Below, in pieces: positions 1-11,061 of a DNA stretch of 64,000 bases (the first letter of the stretch is position 1; the number at the start of each line of letters is the position of its first letter). Below the pieces are notes generated by a model. It did no database searches and was not told the DNA's origin. It was given only the letters and a program-made list of their open reading frames with translations. The DNA is from a bacterium UBP4_UBA6127 (GTDB lineage Bacteria; UBP4; UBA4092): the NCBI GenBank assembly GCA_002428325.1, contig DIVR01000065.1:149597-213596 (forward strand). Reading direction: 5' to 3'. A program made the position numbers and the translations under genes.

Positions 1-358
<358 letters not shown>

Positions 359-432
359 ACGATTGTATGTTTATGAGTTAAAAGAAAAATATTGATAGAT
401 AAAAACAAGGCCATGCCTGGGAGGTCAGCCTA

Positions 433-915
433 ATGAGAACAGGATATGAAATCAATGAAATTCTCCGGGTGCAAAAAGGTCGTGCAGCCCATAAAAATCC
501 TAACATCGATAGTGGTAAAATTAATATGGTAATTATTACCATGGCGGGTGTTTTGATTTTTGCTCTGAGCTATTTATATCTGCAGACCTTAACGATCCAG
601 ACTTCCATGGACCTGGCCAAAACCCAGAAATCCTTCTTGGAACTGCAAAACAGGCAACTCCGACTGGTACAGGAAGTTGCTGAGTTGAAAGATCCAAGCC
701 GTATCCAGAAACTGGCATTGGTCATTGGAATGATTCCTCCCAACGAAGACCGGTTGGCTCATGTCTATATGGCGCCTTGGCAGGGAGAAGTTAAAACCTC
801 TGCGTCGATTGAGCCGGTTGCTTTGAAAACACCGAAAACTGAAAGAGCTTCAGTTTGGGGTCGAATTTTCTCTTTCACTACTCGAGCTGAGGCGAAAGCA
901 TCCGTCCTTCGTTAG
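433..915 (+). CDS. ftsL: cell division protein FtsL-like (single TM plus coiled coil)
   Basis: Position between rsmH and ftsI. One hydrophobic TM segment followed by a coiled-coil-like region (LELQNRQLRLVQEVAELK). True start may be downstream of the first ATG. Confidence 0.55.
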   Translation: MRTGYEINEILRVQKGRAAHKNPNIDSGKINMVIITMAGVLIFALSYLYLQTLTIQTSMDLAKTQKSFLELQNRQLRLVQEVAELKDPSRIQKLALVIGMIPPNEDRLAHVYMAPWQGEVKTSASIEPVALKTPKTERASVWGRIFSFTTRAEAKASVLR

Positions 916-1106
916 ATTGGTTGTTTTATCCAGTCGATCCCATTTGTTTACCGGCTGATGGTGTTTTAAATCCAAGATCAATTAAGACTCTTTCGGGAGC
1001 TTACTGAAAGGAAAGGACCCTCATAATGGGGGAATGGCATTCATCTAGGTTGTCGCAGACTTTCCTGTTGAGGGACAAGATGATTTAAGCCAGTCAAAAA
1101 ATAATC

Positions 1107-3308
1107 ATGATAGGCCGAGTAACAGATAAATACCATCGAAGGAAAATAGCCTTTATCTTTGGGCTATTTTTTTGTTTTATAGGATTAGTAGTGTATCGTC
1201 TCTGGTGCCTTCAGATGATGGATTATTCTTATTTTGCCCGGATTGCCAAAGGGGAACATACCAAAGGTGAATTCTATGAGCCTCGCCGGGGATGGATTTA
1301 TGATCGAAATGGCAAACCTCTGGCAACCAGTATTGTAGTGGATGCCTTGATTGCCTCTCCCAAAGATATTCAAATCCAGAAAACTGAAGCGGCAAAAAAG
1401 AAAAAATCTCCGAAGAAAAAACTGGATGTAAACCTATCAAGGGATTTAGCTCAACTTTTAGGTAAATCCCAGGATGAAATCTTTGCGGCATTGACTCGGG
1501 ATACCACCAGTGCCTGGCTTCCTTTAGCGCTTGAATTAAACGAAAATCAGTCGCTGAAAGTGGATGTGCTTAGGAAGAAATACCGATTAATTAACGAGTT
1601 GCGGAAAGAAAAATATTCTAAGCGTGTATATCCTAAGGGAGATGAAGCCTGTCATATTTTAGGCCCTGTCGGGATTGGTAGTATGGACTCCAATCTGGGA
1701 GGATGGGGAACCCATAGGCCACTGGGAGGATTGGAGTCGGTTTATCAGGAAACAGTGTCGGGAAGTTATGGGAAGATATCCAGTACAAAAGATGGTGCCG
1801 GCAGAGACCTGACTCCTATTGATGATGATTTATTAATGACACTTTCAGGAAATCAGATTTATCTAACGATTGATGAAAATATCCAAAGAGTGGCTGAAGA
1901 AGAATTGGCGGCTACCGTGGATTATTTTGGAGCTAAGTCCGGTTATGCAGTCGTGATGGATCCAAAGACAGGTGAAATCCTTGCGATGGCCAATTTCCCG
2001 AAATTCAACCTGGCAGAATATCGAAAGGTTCCCAGAGACCAGTGGCGAGAGGTTTCGGCTAATCGTGCGGTTGAATATGCTTTTGAACCGGGTTCGACAT
2101 TTAAGGTCTTTCCGGCAGCCGCAGCATTGGATATGGGGAAGGTTAAGGTAACGGATACCTTTGATGGTTATCATGGTAAAATAGTATTTGCCGGTAGAGT
2201 ACTGCGGGATTCTCACCCCTATGGAATGCTGACATTTCCACAAATAATTGAGGTTTCCAGTAATATTGGAATATATCAGGTCGCTCAGCGTTTAAACACC
2301 TCGACCCTGTATGATTATATAAAGGCATTCGGTTTTGGAAAACCAACAGGAATCGAATTGCCAGGAGAGTCCTCAGGGGTGGTTCAACCATTATCTGCAT
2401 GGAATACTCTGGTCGCTTCCCGGGTTTCATTTGGTCAAAGTATCTCTGTTAATGCGATACAAATGGTCTCTGCCATCAGTGTCATAGCGAATGGGGGAGT
2501 TTTGATGAAACCCCATATTGTGAAAGCGGTTTCTGATGAGAGAGGACATATCCGTAAGCAGTATGAACCTGAACCGGTTCGAAGGGTCATTCGTGAAGAT
2601 ACGGCCCAAACTATGCGGGAGATAATGGAAGGGGTTGTCGTTCGAGGTACCGGAAAAACAGCAGCTATTACAAATTGTCGGGTGGCGGGTAAAACCGGAA
2701 CAGCGCAGATTTGTGAAGAGGGTGGCCGTGGTTATAAATCTGGAAAATACCTGGCTTCTTTCATTGGTTTTTTACCCGTGGAAAACCCTCGATTAGTGGT
2801 GGGAGTCTTTATTGCAGAACCTTCAAAAAATGGACATTTCGGTGGAACAGTATCTGCTCCGACATTTAAAAGGATTGCTCAATCGGCTTTAAGCCAGTTA
2901 AAGATTCACCCTCGGATTCCCGATCCCGTTCAAATGGCGGAATTAAAGAATACTCCAGTTGCTCCCTTGGATGGAATGCCAGAAGAAGATTTTGCATCGG
3001 AACTGGTTCCGGTTGGATTTGATGAAGCGGCTTCTCCACAGACAGCCTTAACCCAAACTCTTAATAACAATACAACAATAATAAAGATGCCTGACTTAAA
3101 AGGGTTATCTAAACGGGTTGCCCTGGTAAGATTGGCTGGAAAAGGGGTCGTTGTTAACTGGAAAGGTAGTGGAATTGTAGTTGATCAGTCACCTAAACCC
3201 GGTATGAATATCAACCCGGGAGATGAATGCTTCATTATTTTAGGAAGCCATTATAAGCCGACCATACTCCCTAAACAGGATGTGGCTGCTTTTCAATCTA
3301 AACCATAA
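1107..3308 (+). CDS. ftsI: peptidoglycan D,D-transpeptidase FtsI (class B PBP) with C-terminal PASTA domain
   Basis: N-terminal TM, PBP dimerisation region, transpeptidase motifs (STFK, SSN, KTGT). The C-terminal about 70 aa (MPDLKGLSKRVALVRL...GSGIVVDQSPKPG) is PASTA-like. Confidence 0.85.
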   Translation: MIGRVTDKYHRRKIAFIFGLFFCFIGLVVYRLWCLQMMDYSYFARIAKGEHTKGEFYEPRRGWIYDRNGKPLATSIVVDALIASPKDIQIQKTEAAKKKKSPKKKLDVNLSRDLAQLLGKSQDEIFAALTRDTTSAWLPLALELNENQSLKVDVLRKKYRLINELRKEKYSKRVYPKGDEACHILGPVGIGSMDSNLGGWGTHRPLGGLESVYQETVSGSYGKISSTKDGAGRDLTPIDDDLLMTLSGNQIYLTIDENIQRVAEEELAATVDYFGAKSGYAVVMDPKTGEILAMANFPKFNLAEYRKVPRDQWREVSANRAVEYAFEPGSTFKVFPAAAALDMGKVKVTDTFDGYHGKIVFAGRVLRDSHPYGMLTFPQIIEVSSNIGIYQVAQRLNTSTLYDYIKAFGFGKPTGIELPGESSGVVQPLSAWNTLVASRVSFGQSISVNAIQMVSAISVIANGGVLMKPHIVKAVSDERGHIRKQYEPEPVRRVIREDTAQTMREIMEGVVVRGTGKTAAITNCRVAGKTGTAQICEEGGRGYKSGKYLASFIGFLPVENPRLVVGVFIAEPSKNGHFGGTVSAPTFKRIAQSALSQLKIHPRIPDPVQMAELKNTPVAPLDGMPEEDFASELVPVGFDEAASPQTALTQTLNNNTTIIKMPDLKGLSKRVALVRLAGKGVVVNWKGSGIVVDQSPKPGMNINPGDECFIILGSHYKPTILPKQDVAAFQSKP

Positions 3309-3318
3309 AGTTAAAAAA

Positions 3319-4824
3319 ATGATTATGAACATAAAAAATATTCAACAATTGATTCCTCGATCCGAACTTAGAATTAAATCAGAGGATATTCCCCTTACAG
3401 GCTTGTCTCATGACAGCCGAAAGGTGGACCCCGGATCCCTGTTTATCTGTATCTCCGGTGTGAAAATGGATGGCCATCAATTCGCCGAAGTTGCAGTAAA
3501 ATCAGGAGCTGTGGCTTTGGTTGTAGAGAAGTATTTACCGGAATTAAGCCATGTTCCCCAACTGATAGTGGAAGATGCCAGAAAAGCTGAATCTATCATC
3601 TCTGCCTGTTTCTATGGTTATCCTTCCCGTAAGATGTCTGTTATTGGCGTAACCGGGACAAATGGGAAAACTACCACCACATATCTGTTGGAAGCAATTT
3701 TAAAAGCAGCCGGACATAATCCTGGGGTGATTGGCACCATTGAATACCGATATGCCGGAAAATCGGTCCCTTCAAAAAATACCACCCCTTCCTCTCTGGA
3801 ACTAAATGCTCTTCTGGCGGAAATGGTGAAAGAAGGGTGTGACCAACTGATAATGGAAGTTTCATCTCATTCGTTAGTTCAGGAAAGAGTTGATGGGATA
3901 GATTTTGATTATGGGATATTCATGAATATCACCCGAGACCACTTGGATTATCATGAAACCATGGAAAACTATCTTGCCGCTAAATGCCTTCTTTTCGAGA
4001 AGTTAGGTCGGGATCATGATAAAGGCTTCCCCAAAAAGTCATTGATTAACCTAGACGATCCTATGGCAGAAAAAGTCATTACATCATCATCTGTTCCTGT
4101 ACTGACCTTCGGAATTGATAAAAAGGCTGATATCCAGGCCAGTAATATTAATTTATCGGTTTCTGGCGTTTCTTTTGATGTTGTAACTCCGTCAGGGAAA
4201 GCATCTTTGAAACTTCAGTTAAGTGGTCTATTCAATGTTTATAACTCGCTTGCAGCAATCAGTCTTGCTGAAGCTATGAGTATTCCCCTTGAGACTGCCT
4301 GCAAGGCTTTGGAATCAATAACCTGTATCCCTGGCCGATTTCAACAAGTTGATAAAGGACAGGATTTTCTGGTTGTGGTTGATTATGCTCATACGGATGA
4401 TGCATTGAAAAACCTTTTGAACGCTGCAAGGGATATTACCCAAGGGAAAATGATTATCGTATTTGGTGCGGGGGGAGATAGGGACCGGGGAAAACGTCCT
4501 TTGATGGGAGAAATCGCTGCAAGGAATGCTGACCAGATAATCATCACTTCTGATAATCCTAGAAATGAAGACCCTGCGCGTATTGCCCTGGATATAGAAA
4601 TTGGTGTAAAGCGAGTTTCAGATTCTGAGGGACGATATAAGGTTATCCTGGACCGGGATGAGGCTATCAAAGAAGCCATTTATCTGGCTCACCCGGGAGA
4701 TTCTGTCCTGATAGCCGGAAAAGGGCATGAAACTTACGAAACTTTCGCTAATAATTTCAGTATCCATTTTGATGATGTAGAAGTATCTGCCAAATACCTG
4801 GAAGAACGGATTGGAAAGAAATAA
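3319..4824 (+). CDS. murE: UDP-N-acetylmuramoyl-L-alanyl-D-glutamate--2,6-diaminopimelate ligase MurE (meso-DAP type)
   Basis: Mur ligase motifs (GVTGTNGKTTT). DNPR motif (SDNPRNEDP) indicates meso-DAP specificity. Start moved to ATG 3319 (MIMNIKN) to avoid a long overlap with ftsI. Confidence 0.9.
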   Translation: MIMNIKNIQQLIPRSELRIKSEDIPLTGLSHDSRKVDPGSLFICISGVKMDGHQFAEVAVKSGAVALVVEKYLPELSHVPQLIVEDARKAESIISACFYGYPSRKMSVIGVTGTNGKTTTTYLLEAILKAAGHNPGVIGTIEYRYAGKSVPSKNTTPSSLELNALLAEMVKEGCDQLIMEVSSHSLVQERVDGIDFDYGIFMNITRDHLDYHETMENYLAAKCLLFEKLGRDHDKGFPKKSLINLDDPMAEKVITSSSVPVLTFGIDKKADIQASNINLSVSGVSFDVVTPSGKASLKLQLSGLFNVYNSLAAISLAEAMSIPLETACKALESITCIPGRFQQVDKGQDFLVVVDYAHTDDALKNLLNAARDITQGKMIIVFGAGGDRDRGKRPLMGEIAARNADQIIITSDNPRNEDPARIALDIEIGVKRVSDSEGRYKVILDRDEAIKEAIYLAHPGDSVLIAGKGHETYETFANNFSIHFDDVEVSAKYLEERIGKK

Positions 4825-6271
4825 CGCTATGTTAGCAATGAAAACAAAGGAAATCTGTGATGCGGTTCAGGGCGTCTGGATCAGTGGAGACCCTGATAAA
4901 GTAGCAACAGGGATTTCGACTGACAGCCGGACCATTACCCCCGGTGAGTTTTTTATTCCTATTAAAGGAGAAAACTTTGATGGGAATGAGTATATTCTTA
5001 AAGCCGTTGGCAGAGGCGCCTCAGGTTTTTTTGTTCAGAGGGGCTTTGTTGTTAAAGGGATTGAGAATCGGAAAGATATCGCCGTAATTGAGGTTGCGGA
5101 TCCCAAGTATGCTATGGGAGATCTGGCTCAGGGCTATTTAAAGAAATTTAATGTCCAGGTGATTGGAGTAACTGGAAGTAATGGTAAAACCTCAACAAAA
5201 GAAATGATTGCTTCCATCCTCGAAAAAGCTATGCCTGTCCTTAAAAATGAGGGAAGTTTTAATAATGACATTGGTGTTCCCCTGACATTATTCAAACTGA
5301 CCCGATTGCACAAGGTTCTGGTTATTGAAATCGGCATGAATCATTCGGGTGAAATCCGGAGGTTGGTATCTATTTGTCCACCCAATATTGGAGTGGTAAC
5401 GAATGTGGGAGAAGCTCATGTTGAGTTTTTCGGTTCATTGGATAAAATCGCTGAGGCGAAATTTGAACTTCTTGAACAGATGACTGATAAAAACCTGGCA
5501 GTATTAAATGCTGAGGATAAAAGGGTTTCTGAGTTTGCAAAGAGAACCAAAGCCGAGTCTATTTTCTTTGGAATAAATGGAAGTAAGTCGACATTTTGGT
5601 CTTCAGAGATACAATTCAGTAATGATCCTTGGGGTGTTGGTTTTAAACTACATACTCCCGGAGGAGAAACAGATATCTTTTTACCAATTTTGGGTGAACA
5701 TCAGGTTTCCAATGCATTGGCTGCTGCTGCTGCCGCCTGGCAGGTGGTTCCCGACTTGAATATTATTAAAAGGGGATTGGAATCCTTTAAGCCGGCAAAA
5801 ATGAGAATGCAGTTGATACCTATTAAAGGATTCACCCTTATAAATGATGCTTATAATGCAAATCCCCGATCTATGGCCTCAGCTTTGGATACATTGAACC
5901 AGTTAATCCCCAAGGGAAGGAAAATGGTTGTGTTAGGTGATATGCGGGAACTGGGAAGTCAGGGAGAGCAGGCTCACCGGGATATTGGAGAACGAATTGC
6001 CCAAACTGGCGATATTGCTTGCTTGATTACAGTAGGGGATGCTGCCCAGAGGATAGCCCAGGGAGCGAAAGATTCCTCCATGGATCCCAGCCGGATTTTT
6101 ACCTGTGCTAATAACCAGGAGGCTATCGATATTTTAAAAAATGATATTAAACCCGGAGATCTGGTCTTATTAAAAGCATCCCGTAAATTAGAATTTGAAA
6201 AAATAGCTAATGCCTTAGTTTCCTGGGCAGATGAATCTGAAGAAAATATAAATAATCCGGTAAAGGATTAG
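4811..6271 (+). CDS. murF: UDP-N-acetylmuramoyl-tripeptide--D-alanyl-D-alanine ligase MurF
   Basis: Mur ligase P-loop (GVTGSNGKTSTKEM) and dcw position after murE. Start may be one of the Met codons at 4829 or 4838. Confidence 0.88.
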   Translation: MERNNAMLAMKTKEICDAVQGVWISGDPDKVATGISTDSRTITPGEFFIPIKGENFDGNEYILKAVGRGASGFFVQRGFVVKGIENRKDIAVIEVADPKYAMGDLAQGYLKKFNVQVIGVTGSNGKTSTKEMIASILEKAMPVLKNEGSFNNDIGVPLTLFKLTRLHKVLVIEIGMNHSGEIRRLVSICPPNIGVVTNVGEAHVEFFGSLDKIAEAKFELLEQMTDKNLAVLNAEDKRVSEFAKRTKAESIFFGINGSKSTFWSSEIQFSNDPWGVGFKLHTPGGETDIFLPILGEHQVSNALAAAAAAWQVVPDLNIIKRGLESFKPAKMRMQLIPIKGFTLINDAYNANPRSMASALDTLNQLIPKGRKMVVLGDMRELGSQGEQAHRDIGERIAQTGDIACLITVGDAAQRIAQGAKDSSMDPSRIFTCANNQEAIDILKNDIKPGDLVLLKASRKLEFEKIANALVSWADESEENINNPVKD

Positions 6272-6307
6272 GACCTAAATTTATGAAAAGAGACGAGTTG
6301 AGCAACG

Positions 6308-7420
6308 ATGCTTTATTTTCTGATTAATCAATACTTAGGAAAAATAATACATTTCCCAGGGTTTAATCTATTCAGATACATAACCTTCAGAGCAGCAACC
6401 GCTGCTTTTATTGCGTTTTTGATCAGTCTGTTATTGGGTCCCAGTGTGATTGAAAGACTACGTCAACTGAAGATTGGACAGTATATCCGTAAAATTGATC
6501 CTGATAAAGGTCCGGATCTCAGCCAGATGCATAAAGAAAAATCAGGTACTCCAACCATGGGGGGGATACTGATCCTACTATCGTTGTTAATTCCTGTGAT
6601 ACTTTTATGTGATTTTAGTAACCGATTGGTTGTATTGACGGTCATTGTGACTGTCTGGCTGGGTGGTGTCGGGTTCATGGATGATTATTTGAAGCTTATG
6701 AAACACCAGTCTGAGGGGTTAACTGCCACCTATAAAATGATGGGACAGCTGATTCTTGGTCTTGCTGTCGGAATTTATCTTTATTTTTGGCCGACCACTC
6801 CTGACCAGCATCTTTTGTATTTTCCCTTCTTTAAAAATATGCATCCGAATTTAGGTTTACTCTATATTCCCTTTGTCATGCTGGTTATTGTAGGAACATC
6901 AAATGCTGTTAATTTAACGGATGGACTGGATGGGCTGGCAATAGGATGTGTCACCATGAGTGCTTTATCCTATGTAGTGATGAGTTATCTGGTAGGCCGT
7001 ATTGATTTTGCCAATTACCTTCATATTCCCTATATTCCGGGAGCTGGAGAACTAACGATTATAATTTCTGCCCTGGTGGGAGCCGGCTTAGGCTTTCTCT
7101 GGTTCAATTCCCATCCTGCTCAGGTTTTTATGGGAGATACCGGTTCTCTGGCCCTGGGTGGAATTCTAGGGGTTATTGCTTTACTGATTAAGCAGGAATT
7201 ATCTTTAGTGATTGTGGGGGGGGTGTTTGTTGTTGAAGCATTCTCTGTCATTATCCAGGTTACCTCCTTTAAATTAAGGGGAAAAAGAGTTTTTCTGATG
7301 TCTCCGATTCATCACCATTTCGAAAGAGCAGGGTGGGCTGAATCAAAAATTATTGCCCGATTTTGGATTGTATCCGCTATCTTGGCCATGTTAGGCCTAG
7401 GTATGTTGAAGATTCGATAG
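6308..7420 (+). CDS. mraY: phospho-N-acetylmuramoyl-pentapeptide-transferase MraY
   Basis: Ten-TM protein with MraY motifs (NAVNLTDGLDGLA, MGDTGSLALG, HHHFE). Confidence 0.92.
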   Translation: MLYFLINQYLGKIIHFPGFNLFRYITFRAATAAFIAFLISLLLGPSVIERLRQLKIGQYIRKIDPDKGPDLSQMHKEKSGTPTMGGILILLSLLIPVILLCDFSNRLVVLTVIVTVWLGGVGFMDDYLKLMKHQSEGLTATYKMMGQLILGLAVGIYLYFWPTTPDQHLLYFPFFKNMHPNLGLLYIPFVMLVIVGTSNAVNLTDGLDGLAIGCVTMSALSYVVMSYLVGRIDFANYLHIPYIPGAGELTIIISALVGAGLGFLWFNSHPAQVFMGDTGSLALGGILGVIALLIKQELSLVIVGGVFVVEAFSVIIQVTSFKLRGKRVFLMSPIHHHFERAGWAESKIIARFWIVSAILAMLGLGMLKIR

Positions 7421-7424
7421 AGAG

Positions 7425-8789
7425 ATGAATACCATGGAATATAAAGGACGCAAAATAACCATATTAGGATTAGCCCGAAGCGGAGTGGCGGCTGCCAACT
7501 TTTTACATGATTCAGGAGCTAGGGTAAGGATCAGTGATACAAAATCCAGAGAAAAGCTGGAGCATTATATTAATCAATTATCCAGTCCGGAGATTATCGT
7601 ATCTCTTCAGGCAGATCAGGTTAAAGATATCCTGGATGCGGAAATGGTTGTTCTCAGCCCTGGTATTCCATCAGATATCCCTGCCTGTAGGAAATGCAGA
7701 GAATTGGGAATTCCTCTTATCAGTGAAGTGGAGTTGGCTTATCGTATCTGTCCTGCTCCTGTGGTAGCGATTACCGGTTCTAATGGGAAAACAACTACAA
7801 CCAGTTGGACAGGTGAAATATTTAAATCAATTTGGAAAGGTCCGGTACAAGTAGCTGGGAATATCGGTTTTCCCTTAACAGAAGGAGCCAGAAACCTTAC
7901 TCAAGAAGGTATCCTGGTGGCTGAGCTCAGCAGCTTTCAATTGGAAACAATTACCAGCTTCAAACCTAGAGTCGCCTCTATCTTGAATATCTCCCAAAAC
8001 CATCTGGATAGATATCCTGGGATGGATGAATATTCAAACGCAAAAATGCGGATATTTGACTATCAGTCAGAATCAGATTTTGCTGTACTGAATTTGGATA
8101 ATGAAGAATTAATGCGGCGGTTGCCCAAAACGATAAACTCAAAAAAAGTATTTTTTTCTCGTAAGCAGGAAGTTTCTGAAGGTGCGATGGTAAAGCAAGG
8201 GCAGATTATCCTTCGTAAAAATGGACATGAGTATCCTGTGTGTCCTGTGGCTGAATTATCTTTACCAGGTCCACATAACTTGGAAAATGCACTGGCGGCT
8301 GTTGCTATGGTGGGATGTTTTGATGTGAATCCCTCAGAAATGGCCCCAGTATTGAAGCAATTTGGCGGAGTGGAACATCGTATTGAGTTTGTCCGTGAAC
8401 TGAATGGGGTGAAGTACTACAATGATTCCAAGGCAACCACAGTTGTCTCGGTAGAAATTGCTGTAAGTGCTTTACCGGAACCTATCGTATTAATTATGGG
8501 AGGAAAGGATAAGGGAAGCAATTATAAGCCGCTCAAAACCCTTCTTTCTTCCAAGGTGAAGCATTTGATTCTGATTGGCCAAGCTCAGCATATTATCCAT
8601 AAAGATCTTGATGGGAGTTGTCCGATAAGTTTGTGTGGTTCTTTTGAAGAAGCTGTTTTGTTATCCCGGCAGCTTAGCCAACCGGGAGATTCCGTACTAT
8701 TATCTCCCGCCTGTTCCAGTTATGACATGTTTAATAATTTTGAAGAACGGGGATATGTTTTTAAAAAATTAGTGAGGGATTTGGCATGA
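7425..8789 (+). CDS. murD: UDP-N-acetylmuramoylalanine--D-glutamate ligase MurD
   Basis: Mur ligase (GSNGKTTTT) in the conserved position between mraY and ftsW. Confidence 0.9.
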   Translation: MNTMEYKGRKITILGLARSGVAAANFLHDSGARVRISDTKSREKLEHYINQLSSPEIIVSLQADQVKDILDAEMVVLSPGIPSDIPACRKCRELGIPLISEVELAYRICPAPVVAITGSNGKTTTTSWTGEIFKSIWKGPVQVAGNIGFPLTEGARNLTQEGILVAELSSFQLETITSFKPRVASILNISQNHLDRYPGMDEYSNAKMRIFDYQSESDFAVLNLDNEELMRRLPKTINSKKVFFSRKQEVSEGAMVKQGQIILRKNGHEYPVCPVAELSLPGPHNLENALAAVAMVGCFDVNPSEMAPVLKQFGGVEHRIEFVRELNGVKYYNDSKATTVVSVEIAVSALPEPIVLIMGGKDKGSNYKPLKTLLSSKVKHLILIGQAQHIIHKDLDGSCPISLCGSFEEAVLLSRQLSQPGDSVLLSPACSSYDMFNNFEERGYVFKKLVRDLA

Positions 8790-9952
8790 TTGAGTTTAAA
8801 ACCCGGACTCAGATGTATATTTTCTTCACAACCTTTGCTTTGATTATTATCGGCTTGGTGATGGTTACCAGTTCTTCTGTTTATCTGGGAGAACGAACCT
8901 ACCATAATCCTTATTATTTTCTTTTCCGGCAATTGGCCTGGATAGGGATTGGTTTGGTGGGGATGTTCTGGATCATGAAAAAAGATTATCAGTCTTTTCG
9001 AAGCCATAGTTTTATGTTTGTTTTAATAGCGGCAGTTCTCTTGATATGTGTTTTTATCCCGGGAATAGGCAAGCGGATTAATGGCGCCAATCGATGGATG
9101 GGATGGGGCCCACTTCAGATACAACCCTCAGAATTTGCCAAGTTGGTTTTGATTATTTATTTGTCAGATTTTTTAAGCCGAAAACCAGAACATCAAATTA
9201 AAGATGCCATTAAGGGATTTCTTCCTATTTTAGCAGTTATGGGATTGATTTCTCTTTTAGTCCTGAAAGAGCCTGACTTGGGGACTGCCGGGTTGTTATT
9301 TATACTGGGAACTGTATTATGTCTTGTGGCAGGAATGAGATATACTCATTTCATCTTAATTCTTCCCCTGACCATCCCCTATCTTATTTATGAAATACTC
9401 CAGCATTCTCATCAAAAAAGCAGGATCATGGTTTATTTTGAGATTCTGACCAATCCCCGAACGGTCCGGTATGATGAAGGTTATAATGTTTGGCAGTCCC
9501 TGGTGACCATTGGGTCCGGTGGTTTCTGGGGTAAAGGGTTGGGTGCGGGCTTACAAAAATATGGATATCTACCAGAGTGCCATACTGATTTTATTTTTCC
9601 GGTTATTTGTGAGGAATGGGGTTTTTTAGGGGCTTTGATTGTAATTAGTTTATTTGTCTTTTTAATCTGGCAGGGGATTCAAGTTGCCATTCGGTCATCG
9701 GAATTGTATTCCTCTCTGCTGGCAACCGGCATAACAGCTATGATAACGGCTCAGTTATGTATAAATCTGGGAATGTCATCTGGACTATTACCAGCCAAAG
9801 GAATGACCCTCCCCCTGGTGAGTTATGGAGGATCTTCTCTCTTATTTACCATGATTGGACTGGGTTTATTGATGAATATAGCTCAGTATGTCCCTGAATC
9901 GAATTCTGGCCGCCACACAATAAGGAATTATTTCTATGGGAAAAACACCTAA
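8786..9952 (+). CDS. ftsW: SEDS-family peptidoglycan glycosyltransferase / lipid II flippase FtsW
   Basis: Polytopic membrane protein of the FtsW/RodA family. 4-nt overlap with murD. Confidence 0.88.
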   Translation: MIEFKTRTQMYIFFTTFALIIIGLVMVTSSSVYLGERTYHNPYYFLFRQLAWIGIGLVGMFWIMKKDYQSFRSHSFMFVLIAAVLLICVFIPGIGKRINGANRWMGWGPLQIQPSEFAKLVLIIYLSDFLSRKPEHQIKDAIKGFLPILAVMGLISLLVLKEPDLGTAGLLFILGTVLCLVAGMRYTHFILILPLTIPYLIYEILQHSHQKSRIMVYFEILTNPRTVRYDEGYNVWQSLVTIGSGGFWGKGLGAGLQKYGYLPECHTDFIFPVICEEWGFLGALIVISLFVFLIWQGIQVAIRSSELYSSLLATGITAMITAQLCINLGMSSGLLPAKGMTLPLVSYGGSSLLFTMIGLGLLMNIAQYVPESNSGRHTIRNYFYGKNT

Positions 9953-11060
9953 ATTATTAATCTCTGGAGGAGGAACTGGTGGACACATCTACCCGGCAAT
10001 CGCCATTGCAGAAGAGTTTCTTAAACGATATCCCAATGGGTCTGTCGATTACATTGGCAAACAGAACAGCCGTGAACAGACGATTGTGGCTCAGTCGGAT
10101 CTTCCTATCCATTTTCATGCTATTCATGCGCAGGGAATCCCCAGACGTTTATCGGGAGAAATTTTTAAGGCGTTATATCAGAATTTTCTAGGGTATCGGG
10201 AAGCCTCTTTGATTCTTTCTTCTATTAAGCCTGATGTGGCTGTTGGAACAGGTGGATATGTTTCCGCCATGGCTTTAAAAACAGCCCAGAAAAATGGAAT
10301 CCCAACGGTGGTTCATGAGCAGAATGCTGTTCCCGGCATTACCAATCGGATTTTGGGAAAAAAAGCCAGATGGATTGCTAGTTCATATCAAGAATCAGAA
10401 AAATGGTTTTCTCGGGAAAAAATCAAGCTGACTGGAAATCCGGTTCGAAATGATATTCTTCATTTAGATCAGAAATCCGGACTCCAGGAATTCGGATTAA
10501 GTGACCACATTCCGACTTTATTGATATTTGGAGGAAGCCAGGGGGCTTTGGCTATCAATCGATCCGCTATTGAAGCGTTACATATTTTGAATGAGAGGAA
10601 AATTTCTTTACAGGCTATTTTACAGACTGGTGAAAAGGGTTTTGAAGAGGCCCAGCATCTCATGAATCGTTATCAATGGAATGATGTTTCTATAAAAATG
10701 ATGCCTTATTTACGCCGAATATATCTTGCTTATTCAGTGGCTGATTTAGTGGTTGCCCGGGCAGGGGCTATCTCCATCTCAGAAATTACTTGTTGTGGGT
10801 TGCCTTCGATTTTGATTCCTTATCCCTATGCCACGGCCAATCATCAGGAGAAAAATGCTAGAGCTATTGAAAACAGGAAAGCCGCTAAAGTAATTTTAGA
10901 GTCTGAATTGACAGGGCAGGGGCTTGCAGATGAAATTTCTAACTTGATTCAAAACAAGGATCTTTACCAACAGATGAAAATATCTAGTAAAAATCTGGCA
11001 AAACCTGACGCGGCACAAGCAATTTGTGATTTAATAGATAATTTAATTATCCAGGAATAA
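9936..11060 (+). CDS. murG: UDP-N-acetylglucosamine--N-acetylmuramyl-(pentapeptide) pyrophosphoryl-undecaprenol GlcNAc transferase MurG
   Basis: GT28 motifs (GGTGGHIYPAIA) and the C-terminal UDP-GlcNAc binding region. Confidence 0.9.
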   Translation: MGKTPKLLISGGGTGGHIYPAIAIAEEFLKRYPNGSVDYIGKQNSREQTIVAQSDLPIHFHAIHAQGIPRRLSGEIFKALYQNFLGYREASLILSSIKPDVAVGTGGYVSAMALKTAQKNGIPTVVHEQNAVPGITNRILGKKARWIASSYQESEKWFSREKIKLTGNPVRNDILHLDQKSGLQEFGLSDHIPTLLIFGGSQGALAINRSAIEALHILNERKISLQAILQTGEKGFEEAQHLMNRYQWNDVSIKMMPYLRRIYLAYSVADLVVARAGAISISEITCCGLPSILIPYPYATANHQEKNARAIENRKAAKVILESELTGQGLADEISNLIQNKDLYQQMKISSKNLAKPDAAQAICDLIDNLIIQE

Positions 11061-11061
11061 T

